This document shows positions 24,893 to 36,238 of a stretch of DNA of 64,000 nt, piece after piece; position 1 is the stretch's first letter; each line of letters starts with the position of its first letter. The position numbers and the translations under genes are program-made. Below the pieces are notes generated by a model that saw nothing but the letters and a program-made list of their open reading frames with translations, ran no database searches and was not told the origin of the DNA. Source of the DNA: Chrysomallon squamiferum (taxonomy: Eukaryota; Animalia; Mollusca); assembly GCA_012295275.1 (NCBI GenBank), contig CM022670.1, forward strand, positions 23,870,001-23,934,000. The letters run 5' to 3'.

Positions 24893-27800
24893 TAGAAGTA
24901 AAAAAAAAAAAAACATGACTTGAATCCTGCAAATCAATAGTTCAAACTTGGTTTTTCAATTAACTTCCAGTGCATCTGAACAATAATAAAGAGTGAATAT
25001 GTTACACCAATTAATTCACATATTGGTCTGATAAAACTACTCAAAATTTGTTACTTTAGTATTTATTTCAAGTCATATGTATGTTTATATTTAAAATGAA
25101 ATTCAAAAGAATGTTTATTAATACATCTGCACTATGTTAACATAAAAACACAACATGGTGTCCAGATATGCTGATTTATTGGACCTATCACAGATTAAAT
25201 GGTGGCTATCACTGCGCTTTTTTTATCTCTTACTTTTAATCTTATCTGCACACCAAAAAACCTTGAAATTAAACTTAAACTATAAATTATCATTTTAGTT
25301 ATTAAAACAGAAATGGAAAGAACATTTTAAGAAACTAGTGTTGCTAACTATTTAACAAAAAAAAGTACTACATAACACAATGTTCATGTCAGAAGTGACT
25401 TCAGTTAAAAAAATGATATTGCACGGCAATTCATAAATATATATTTACCTGATCCAAATATTTTGTCTGTATTTTGTTCCTTGCTTTACAAAACTTGCAG
25501 GGGTCTTCATCGTTCTTTAAAAAGTGAAGCTGGTTGACCACAATATTGTGGGTATCAATACCATACTGTGTCAGCTCTTGAACAAGACGCTCGGTCTCAT
25601 ACAGTGACAGAAACTCAGCTATGCATACACAGATAAATGTAGTCTCATCCTGAAAAATAAAAACAATGTCAACTCCTTAATAATGAATCAATGCAATTCA
25701 ATCATTAAAATATTTTTAAAAAGTGAAAGTATATTCACCACCCATCAAATTCATTAAGAGAAGAAATCTGAAAATGCCTCTAGTAGAAACAAAGTTTTGT
25801 TGAACAGTAAGTTTGTTATATTAAAGTTTTGCCTGGACACGTCTTTCAACAAAGCTCACAATTTTTTCTCTTTAACAATTATAAAATTGTATATAGTACT
25901 TACAGCATTCTTAAACTGTTCATTAACCTGTTTGATTGTCACAAGCATTTCATCAAATTTTTGTGACATCTGATCAGCATTTAAATCTTGCAATCCCAGC
26001 ATACCAGCCATCTGTAACAGAATTTATATCAGAAATTAACAAAACAATCTTTTATTTTTATTTTGCAAATTAAAATCTGTAAGTTTTTACAATCTTTTAC
26101 AAAAATCATTAAATAATATGGTGAAGATAAGTGAGACTGATAAAAATAATAATATTGCCAGTATCCTCTTTAATTTAAAAACAAACCTTTTCACTGGCTT
26201 ATTTCTGATTCTGAAGTTTTATTATTGAATTTAATGTATACACTTACTTGTGAAACAAATGGACTTATTTGATTCTTAAGCCGAAGAAGCTTTCCTAGAC
26301 CTTTTTCAATCACAGATGGAAAGGAGAGCAGTCGCAAAGTATGACCAGTTGGGGCTGTGTCAAAAACGACACAGGAAAAGTTCATGTTACGAACTAACCT
26401 GTAACAAAAAACCATATGTTTGTCATTCACCAGAATAACCAAAATGAGACGAATGATCAATAACACTTTCAAAAGGAGTCTGTTAAAGTACATAATGCCT
26501 TTCAGTGAAATCAAAATAAATTGTAGCATATAGAAAATATTTTTACAATCATGTCTTTGTGCTGAAATACAATTTGAAAAATTATTATTTTGAGGAACTT
26601 ACTTCATGACTTCTGCAAAACTCATGGCTTCATCAATACCAGGAAAAGCACCAAGTAACTCCTGCACCATACCCTTGCCCATAGAAACCACATCACCTGT
26701 TAAATTCATAACATTTAAAGGCACAAAACATTATGTAATTAGTTAATGGAGTTGTAATATATTAAAATAATAATAAATAAAATAATCTAAAATATTTATT
26801 TACCTTGATCAAAATATTCATCAGGCAATTCTGAGAATCCAAGATTTGGATCAATTTCCTACAAAATAAACATATGGACAAAATGATATTAACTGATCAA
26901 TACAAATTATTAACTTTTGAAAATTAACTGACTTTTTCATGTTATATGATGTTCTACATAAGTCTAAAAGCATCAAACAATATTAATTAAATAATTTTAA
27001 AAAATTATAATAACAAGGATAATATTTATGGGGATGTGCTAGGCAAAAAATTAGAAAATCTGAATAATCAAATTTTTTTTTTAGTTTTTGATTAAAGCAT
27101 TTAGAAAATGTATATAAAAAATTAACTTTTTCAGATAAATGTTTCATGTTTTTTTGCAAATGGAAGAGCACATTTCAGTAGCATATAGCAGTCAAACTGC
27201 TGTTAAAGACAAGCTGGGTCTATCTGTGAGATGTGACAGAATCCCAAACCATAACACTTCTGCCTGCAAATGGCCAACATTGAATAAAGCAAGCACCAAC
27301 AAAGTGTTTCCATCAGAGCAGTTTATAAACACTGTGACCGCTAGATTATCCCAGTCTTTTTCACCAAACATCCCCTTAAAATGATATTCTTATTTAAATT
27401 TTTAAATGTATTGATTATATATTTTTTTACATTCCATGTTTCATTACATAGTTTACACTCACCATAGCATAAAGATTTTCAAAGCCTTTGACTAGTGTTG
27501 GAACTTTAGAAAACTTCTGATTAAAAGCATCAGAAATGTTATGAGCTGGATCTGTTGATATCATCAAGACAGTCTCTCGAACTTTGGCCAGTTGTACAGC
27601 CAGAGAGCAACTGAAAATAAAATTGCTAAGAATAAAATACAGGCAAACTTAAAAATATGATTTTCTTCTTAATTTTTGACTGACACTCATCTTAATGTAA
27701 GATAATAACCAAGCTATTTTAAAACATCAGTTTTAGTTAACAAAGTTTGAAAAAGTAAAGAGAGTTTGTAGCAATGTTTGTATTTATAATTAAAATATAT

Positions 27801-30800
27801 TTATACTAAACACAATTTTAATAATTTCCTAATACAACACCCAATTCACACTCGGGTTAAATTATGTCTGGCAATTACAGTAATCATAACTTTCTAAGAA
27901 TGAAAATATATGAGAATGTAGGAAAATGTGCAATCTCTCATCCATATACAAACATGAATTAAACATTTAATGTGCTTACACAGGAAAAAAAAAAAAAAAC
28001 AAATGGCAGTATTTTTATCTGTCAAATCACCCAATGGGTTAAACCGAACCATCTCAGATTTTTATGAAACTTGGTATACTTGATGATTGGGCTCCCACAG
28101 GCCAATTGACCCAATGGTATGGGAGATACTGCTGCCCCCCCACCAAATATTGAGATCTTCAGCCAAAATTGGTATGGCCACCAACTTTTGAAACCCTCAT
28201 ATCTCAAGAACTACTGGTCCAATCTTCATAAAATTGGTATTGGTGTAAAGGCAATTTGACAAGGATGCCAATATTGTTAAGACTGGAGAATGCTTGGGTA
28301 CACTAACCTTTTGACCTTTGACTGTGGATCATGTGACCGTGAGATGACCTTTCTTGAAATTTAATCTCCCACATGTTAACTAAAACGTAAAAAGGTTTCA
28401 GATGCGTAATCTTTTTTGTTTAGCCACAATATATATTTAAAAAATGCACATACCTGCATGGATGATTGATACAATGCTTTACAATGTACATTTTCCACAT
28501 GTATAGACTTCACTGAGACCAAAATCTGATCTTTGGAATCAAAATCCACCTGACAAATCTGAAGGAATGCCTGAAGAATATGAACAGATGCTAAATGATA
28601 TCAGATGTTCTATCAATCAGATCCAAAGGATTAACAGGAGGTGTGGCTTCAGGCATATGTAGTTCTCCTTGAAATACCCTGGGGAAATCCCCACTGAGCA
28701 CATGGCAATTAGAAGTTTAAAACAAAATTTCTTGGTCTGCATTTCTTTGACAGTCTGAATGAAGCTTTCAAGTTGGACACAATGTCAGATGTTAATATGT
28801 AAGTATTATGTTTTCTTCATATAATCTATAAAACCTATTCAATCAACTACAGTACAACCCAGTCTGAATAAAGTCTGAAACCAGGCTTCATCCACTGCCA
28901 AAGCCCCAAAGTTTATACATGAAGGAGCTGGATGATGTTATCCTGCAAGGTGATTTTGCAGTAAATTTCTTGTATGTTGTTCAGGATGAGATTCAATTTC
29001 CACTGGGAAAATAAACAGGCTACCATACACCTTTACATTTATATGTTTTAGTTAACATGTGAGAGACATTTCAAGAAAGGTCATCTCAAGGTCATGTGAT
29101 CTATAAGGTATAGTTCAAGGTCATAACAAATGTCAAACGGTCAGTATACCCCAACATTCAACGTCATTTGGAATCATTATCAAATTTCCTTTCCAACAAT
29201 ACCAATTTTATGAAGACTGGCTCAGTAGTTCCTCAGATACTAGGCTTCAAAGGTTGGGGCCATATCTCCCACACCACTGGTCCGACTGACCTAAAGTTTT
29301 GAATTTGGTGCTGTGGGATCCCAATCAATAAGTATACCAAGTTTCATAAAAATCATAGATGGTTGGGTTTAAAATATCTGGGTTTTTTGCATGATTACAC
29401 AGAGAATGACCTTGTGACTTAACGTGAGGCTATAATGGTTTGTTTACCACCGAATCAAATGATTTCCCCAGAAGTGAGAAAAGTTCATGCTTGACAGATT
29501 ATGCTGCTATTATGAAGTCACTAAATTTAGGCTGAGGCAGTCAAAATAATAAAATTCACATCAATTTCGTTTTTTTATTAGTTAAGCAGAACTTTTGAAT
29601 AGAGAACAAAACAAATTTATATACTGAGATCTATTTTACTGTCACCTAAAGAAGTACTTCACAAATTTTCAAGACTGAGTATGTAATATTAAAAAAATCT
29701 CAACTCATGGAAATGAGAAAAACAAATACGCAAAAAACATCATTTGTGACAGTATCTCATTAAATTTCTGATGATCAGTGTTGTCTGGTATTTAAAAACC
29801 TGGAAGTACTCCATCTGGAGAGCATCTGTTTGTTGTTTTTTGTTGACAATGATGAATGATAATTGTATTCTGTTTGATGATACGATCCTCCAAACATGAG
29901 GAAAGGTCCAAAATGACTTTTGTGGAACATAAGCTTATTGATTTGCTTCAAATTTTGAGTGAATAAAGAAAATAAACTGTTCTATAATACACTTCAATTT
30001 CAGAAACAATCAGTGGAATACTGAGCTGAGTTTGTACTTGCCATTTACATGATACCTATAACATAGCAAGCAACTGTAATATTGAACAAGATGCCTGCAT
30101 ATAACATCATAATATTTTAACAATTTCATATCCAAAAACATGTGATTATCCAAGTTAAACTGACACATATAGTATGCACTTGTTATTTGTTAGCTTGATC
30201 TTGTGCTTTTCAGTTACCTTCAGACTGACATCTACATTTTGTTGCTGAACATAATAATACATCCAAATATATTTTTACTTTCTTTTCATAATATATGGAT
30301 CATTTGAATTCAAACAAAATAATCTGTTCCAATAATTAACACTGAAATTAAAGCAAGATTATGAGCTATAGGCTGATTTTCAAATACCAACTGAGGCCAA
30401 CTTCCCCATGATGAGATCTCCAGAAACCTTATAAATTTCAAAAGCTAAACTGCAAAATATATATAAAATTTTAGTACATTTTTTATCCTAAACAAAATAA
30501 ACGATCGTCAATATTTGTTTCACAATTGCTTTCAGTAGTAAGAAAATGCGAATGAAATTTATTTCTTTTTAAGTGGATTGGACTGCCAGGAGATTTGCTA
30601 ATCTCTGTTAGATTTTGATGATCCAAATCTTTTTCAGCACAGAATATATGCAAAATAATTATTTAATTTAAATGAATTCTTGAATAAGATAAAATGACAG
30701 GATGGTGGCCAATTTGAATTTTAAAAATTAGATTTACAATCAAAACTGAAATGGTGGCCAATTTGATTTAAAAATTTTGAATTCACTAAACTGAATTATG

Positions 30801-32020
30801 TGCTCAACATAAAAACACAAAAATTGAATATATAAAACAGTCAAAATAATTTAAAATAGCTGAAAATGAAAATGAACAACCTTAAAATTGCAATTAAAAT
30901 GAATTTAAGGTTGAATTTTAGTATTTTTCTAGTATTTTTCAAGACAAATACGGTAGTTTTTCTTTTATTTCCAGCTTGCCATTACAAAGCTAAATTTTCA
31001 AATGTGGATTACAAATTCAGAAATTACTTATGATCAAACAAACAACACACAGTTCAAGAGCAAATCTTCATTTCCATGAAATCATATTATATAGGATTTC
31101 AATTTGTAAGCTGAATTAAAAAGATCTTGAAAACCACTAATTTTGGAAATTTTGTACACTGATTAGCTGAAATGAGACTGATTTCTGCTGCCTACTAAAA
31201 TAGTTTTATTCTGGAAAATTTATAAACAAATGAACAACAACACTCTGGGAACTCAAATTGTTTGTTATAAAGGCATGCTCACCTAAAACAACATGCATGC
31301 ACAAATTTATCTTAACTAAAGTACTGATACTGTTTCAAGAAAAACTTGAATCATATTCATAGGTAGATTTTCTGGGTTTTTTAAACAATTTTTTTCCGGA
31401 CTTTTGTTCTTGAACATTCTATTCAGATAAAAACAAAAGTAGTAGTGGTATGGTAATTTTTGGCAAAAATATGAACTATGTCGCGAAAATGTGTATACTG
31501 TAACTATTTTAGTTAATTGATTGCAATCTCATCAGAAGTACGTTTACAGTTTTATATGTAAGATGTAAATTTGTAGATATAATCGGTTGTTAAATATACC
31601 GATGTTTTCTGGTTTTGCGCATCAGCGACTGTCTTTGCGCTGTATTACTATGAACTGAAATAGTTAACTTATACTTTATAGTATACACATATTACTGTTA
31701 ACTGAAATAGTTATAGTATACACATATTACTGTTAACTGAAATAGTTAATAATACACACATCACTGGGCTGCTGGTTTTCAATGGACAAAATTATTCACT
31801 GAATTAATGAATAAAGATGACGTGACGTGTTATTTACATTTGCCCTTTTTTTTTCCAGATTTTAGAAAAAAGAAAATAAGCTTATTTACCTGGTAGTAGT
31901 TTTACCCACGCCACCCTTTCCTCCAACAAACACCCATTTTAAAGATGTCTGGTTTATAACATTGGCAAGAGATGGTTCGTATTGGAGATCCCCATTTTCT
32001 TCGTTTGAGGCGTTAGCCAT
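24734..32020 (-). CDS. ASNA1: ATPase ASNA1/GET3/TRC40 (tail-anchored protein targeting), 8 coding exons, 336 aa
   Basis: Exons: 32020-31890, 27610-27463, 26858-26804, 26696-26603, 26398-26248, 26011-25904, 25649-25449, 24856-24734 (1011 nt). Motifs: P-loop [60 protein letters not shown] and CKFC. Confidence 0.97.
28019..29412. mobile_element. TIR DNA transposon relic (GGGTCATTC-terminus family), about 1.4 kb, in ASNA1 intron 1
   Basis: Imperfect inverted arms of about 380 bp (28019-~28400 vs ~29035-29412) share CTCAGATTTTTATGAAACTTGGTATACTTG, GATGACCTTTCTTGAAAT and CACATGTTAACTAAAAC. The right end is GAATGACCT; the left terminus is clipped. Confidence 0.85.
31643..31765. repeat. 35-bp tandem repeat in ASNA1 intron 1
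   Basis: Two exact copies of TATAGTATACACATATTACTGTTAACTGAAATAGT (31677-31746) with partial degenerate copies on each side. Confidence 0.9.
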
Positions 32021-32284
32021 ATTTGTTATGTTCGCCTAACTTCCTCCTCCTGCTGTAGGTGACTAGAGTTAATAACGTTATTTTACTATTTCTTTTTCGG
32101 GGACCAGTAACAAAATAAAATGACGTAAAATGTATGTTTCATGCTTTGAAAGAGAATACAATTTCTCACTATGGAACTTATTTTTTATTTCTTGCATGTT
32201 CTAATAAATTAATAACTTTTTATTTATTTATTTTATTTTCATTTTTATTTTATTTTTTTATTTTGTTATTTTTTTTTTTTTTCA

Positions 32285-32665
32285 TAGTAGAAATCGTGGA
32301 AGTAGTCACACGTAGTAGTTGTAGTACTGGCAATAGGTAGTAGGAGATATAATAGAAATGTAGAGGGAGTGTTAGTATAATTAGAAGTTCTAGAAAAAGT
32401 GGTAAGATTAATTATAGTGCTAATAGTAGAAGAAGTAGTGTCAGTAGAAGTAGCAAAATAAGAAATGGCTATTGTAGTAGTTTTGATATAATGGTAATGC
32501 TAATAGTAGCAGAGGTAGTAACAGTATTTGTGATAACAAAGTATCAGTAGTGGCGATGATAGTGACAGTAATAATAGCACCATTAGTAATAGTAGTAATG
32601 GTAGAAGTACTGGTAGTGATAGAAGTAATACCAGTGGTGGTGGTAGTAGTGGTAATAGTAGTCTA
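32285..32665. repeat. Degenerate (GTA/GTG/ATA)n trinucleotide low-complexity tract upstream of ASNA1
   Basis: Long purine-rich run of tagtag/gtagta/ggtggt triplets. Confidence 0.85.
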
Positions 32666-32687
32666 GAGGGAGTTATAATCGTAATAT

Positions 32688-33365
32688 AATTGCCATGTGC
32701 TCAATGGGATTTGCACCAGGGGATTATAAGGAGTTCCTGACATGCCTGAAGCCAGGACCTGATTGTGTAGAACATGTCATGCCATTTGGCATCTGTTCAT
32801 ATCCTTCAGGCATTCCTTCAGACATGTCAGATGGATTTTGAATCCAAAGATGAGTTTTTGGTCTCAGAGAAGTCTATACATGTAGAAAATGTACATTGTA
32901 AAGCATTGTATCAATCATCTGTGCAGGTATGCATTTTTTAAATCTATATAGTGGCTAAACAAAAAACATTACACCTCTGAAACTTTTATATGTTTTAGTT
33001 AACATGTGGGAGATTAAATTTCAAGAAAGGTCATCTCAAGGTCACAACAAAGGTCAAAAGGTCAGGGTACCCCTACATTCTCCAAACTGAACGATAATGG
33101 CAGATTTGGAAACCTTATCATATTGCCTTTTTACCAATACCAACAAAACCAATTTTATGAAGATTGGCCCAGTAGTTCCTGAGATATGAGGGTTCAAAGG
33201 TTGGTGGTCACTCCCATTTTGGCCAAAAATCTCCCAAACCAAATCTGATTGGCCTAAAATTTTGGATTTGGTGCTGTGGGATCCCACTCAACAAGTATAC
33301 CAAGTTTCATAAAAATCTGAGACAGTCGGGTTTAACCCATTGGGCGATTTGTCACGGAATGACCC
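32688..33365. mobile_element. Truncated copy of the GGGTCATTC-TIR family, inverted relative to 28019-28710
   Basis: It is the reverse complement of 28019-28710 (e.g. GAAAATGTACATTGTAAAGCATTGTATCAATCATC; AATTGCCATGTGCTCA) and ends in an intact terminus GGAATGACCC at 33365. Confidence 0.85.
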
Positions 33366-34815
33366 AGTTAATAAATTTACAGTTATACAGATGAACTGGA
33401 CATTTTTATTTATTATTAATCGATCATTTTAGGAAAACAACAAAACAATAACTAAATAACTTAAAATATAGAGTAATGCCATTTTCTTTTCATTTCTTTT
33501 CAAATCCAAATTAGAATATGGTAAATGTTGGGGTATAAATCAAGGTTTACATCTTTTAACATCTTATGCCAGTGCAATGACCTAAGATGCACTGAAAACA
33601 TTTATTAGCATGATCTGGTTTGTTTACAGATGTCTCCTCATAGTGTAGACTGCAAGTATCATCCATTACATGACATGCTTGGCATAGCTATCTGTCAATA
33701 GTCTGTGCAGTAACTCATTAGTGTGATGAGTGCAATGCAGAGTTGTGACCAAATAGTTATTTGTATTCAGTCATTTCAAAATGGCCATATTTATATTGGT
33801 ATTTGCATTTGCTACCTGATGTATTTGGTCGAATACAAAGCACTATATAAATTCTCCAGTTTCAAAATCTTCTGCAAGTTATTTCTAAATTTTAATGTTC
33901 AACTTAAAGGCCAAGAAATTTGATTCAACAAAAAAAAATACATTTATCTATAACACATTTCTGCAAGTTAACTGTGTCAACTATTAAAAGACATAAAAGA
34001 ACATTTTGTGTTATTATTCATTCAATTATAGAGATCAAGCAAGTGTATTTGTATTTGATTTTTGAAAAGGCAATTTTATTTTAACCCTATTGCAAATGAT
34101 TTCTAATATACACTGTCACTGCCATAAGCATCATCCTCTATGGATTCTTTATATAAAAATTTGTAAGTAAAATAACACTGAATTAGCTCAGTTATTTAGG
34201 AACAAATGATTTAGAATATTGTCATAAGATGTTTTGGTTTTCTAATGATATATTTATTAACAAAAATAAAAACAAAATTGTGATATTTAGAATTTTGCAA
34301 AGAAGATATTACAGAATGCGAGACCTCACTCATTTATTCTTAAACATTATCCATGATTTGAGAATCGAAAAATGGATCCATATTCACTGCTTGGTCTTTC
34401 TGTCTCCATTTTCCACCGTTTCCACAATATAACTCAAAAGCCATCAATACCACAGATGCTGAAATTTTGGCACCAGAATAAAATAAGTAAAAGGTAGAAG
34501 TATAGTAAAATCTTTCGTAACATAATTATAATAAATAACAAATTAACATACAGCATTATGCATATCAGACATAAATTGACAAACCATTTTGGTAAATTAC
34601 TTTTGAATATGATACAATGTTTTAATTTGTTTAGCTTTCATAATAATTTCTGACCCTCATTTCTTACAATTTACAGTTTCCAAGAATTCGAAAACAACGC
34701 CTTTTAACAATTTCTTTTAAATATATATTTTTCTTCCTGTAATATATTTGAATAAGACCTTTTGGATTTCTAGACAAGAGACTTTGATTAAAAGCAAATC
34801 GTAACGTGAAATGCA

Positions 34816-35033
34816 TAGCTCGAGTATTCACTGGCAACAATTCCAGCCTGTATACTCATTTAAAAATAATTTTGAAATCGACCCAAATAGTGACGTAACG
34901 CCAGCTGATTAACAGGTGACAATCTGCTCACAACCGTACGGTTGGCTAACAATATAGACCCATCTCTGGCGAAGAACCAGCGATGTCCACCCAAATATCC
35001 CCAGCTATTCTCCTTCAGAGGCTATTCGGGCTA
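34816..35033. mobile_element. 218-bp non-autonomous TIR element with TAG...CTA termini upstream of RAE1
   Basis: The termini TAGCTCGAGTATTCACTGG and CAGAGGCTATTCGGGCTA are inverted. The internal GTGACGTAACG..CAGCTG..GTGACAA and GAAGAACCAGC blocks match the arms of the 61601-63474 element. Confidence 0.7.
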
Positions 35034-35279
35034 GAAAATACACGAATGTTATAATTAAGGATAAATTATAATCATAATGCTTGTAGCATTAATCATTAAT
35101 CATTTAATGGTATTAATTTAGTGCTATTAAATTATAAAATATAACTCGACATCTGATTTAATTAAAGTTTTAGGTAAAACAGTTTTTATTCAACATGATT
35201 TTGTAAATACATTATTCCACAGCTTAGACATTTAACATAACATCAGCATGATCTTATAAACTAGTAATATTTTGTTGTT

Positions 35280-35435
35280 ATTTGTTTGCCGGTTCAACAC
35301 TAACGGAATCCTTAAACCGGATGTCCTATTTACCGAAAATAACCAACAGAAACCGAGAAAAAGCGTCAAAAAGTGGTCGAAAATAGAAACACCTCATATT
35401 TTATTTTTAAAAAAATTATGTTTTATATTACACAG
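35280..35435 (+). promoter_or_regulatory. Probable RAE1 promoter and non-coding first exon
   Basis: A CpG-containing segment with an Ets-like ACCGGAT motif ends in the donor cacag|gtaaat at 35435. The matching acceptor ctttcag (36222) sits 16 nt before the ATG. The start coordinate is approximate. Confidence 0.5.
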
Positions 35436-36238
35436 GTAAATTGGCAGTCAGTTTATTTGATTGGTTTAATACAATACTAATTATGTAATTATTAATTTTG
35501 TTATAGAATTATAAATATTCATTATGTTACAGTTAGATCGCTTTTAGAATGATTAATATTACATAATAAATTGGAAATGACTAAACAGCTGCCATTCGTT
35601 TACATGGTAAGCAATAAAACCGACAGCTACAACTCGGGGATGGCTAACGGTAATTAGCCAAAATCAGTAATGTTTACTGTTGTAAATATTGTTCAAACGT
35701 CAAGTTATTTATCAAAAATAGTAACGACTGTTGTGACAGCATTTTATATTCACTATAATTAGGAAGTAATATAGAAACAGTTGTGAAAGGATATGAAATT
35801 AAAATAAAAGCTTAGAACCGAAAACAGTTTACAGTTTAAATAACTGCATCTGTAGAATTATTTATTTATTTATTTATCGTTTGACAGATCTAAACTTAAT
35901 AATCTTAAATTTTTTAGTAATAGAGCAACATTTACTTGTGACTGTTTACCTTAATTTAAGCCTGAAAACTTAATTAGGCCTTAATTAAATGAGACAGTTA
36001 ACCATTACATAGGAAAAAACGAAGTAAATCTCAGGTTTAAAATACTATAATAATTAAACTTAGTCTTTAATTATTTCTTATCCATAGCATCAAAATTAAT
36101 AATTTTTTAAATATTACTTTTAAAAACTCAGAATAGTAAGATGGTGCTATTTGCAATTTTTATTAAATTGTTAAATATGTTATGAAGCAAATTAATAACT
36201 TATATTTTTATTAATCTTTCAGATTTCTTGATATCACA

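Noticed and set aside
30500-31200. Repeated ATGGTGGCC(C)AATTTGA motifs suggesting a decayed DNA element in ASNA1 intron 1
   Set aside because: Termini and TSD could not be defined by eye.
34300-34480. Exon-like GC-richer patch between ASNA1 and RAE1
   Set aside because: Only short frames, no recognisable product and no paired splice sites.
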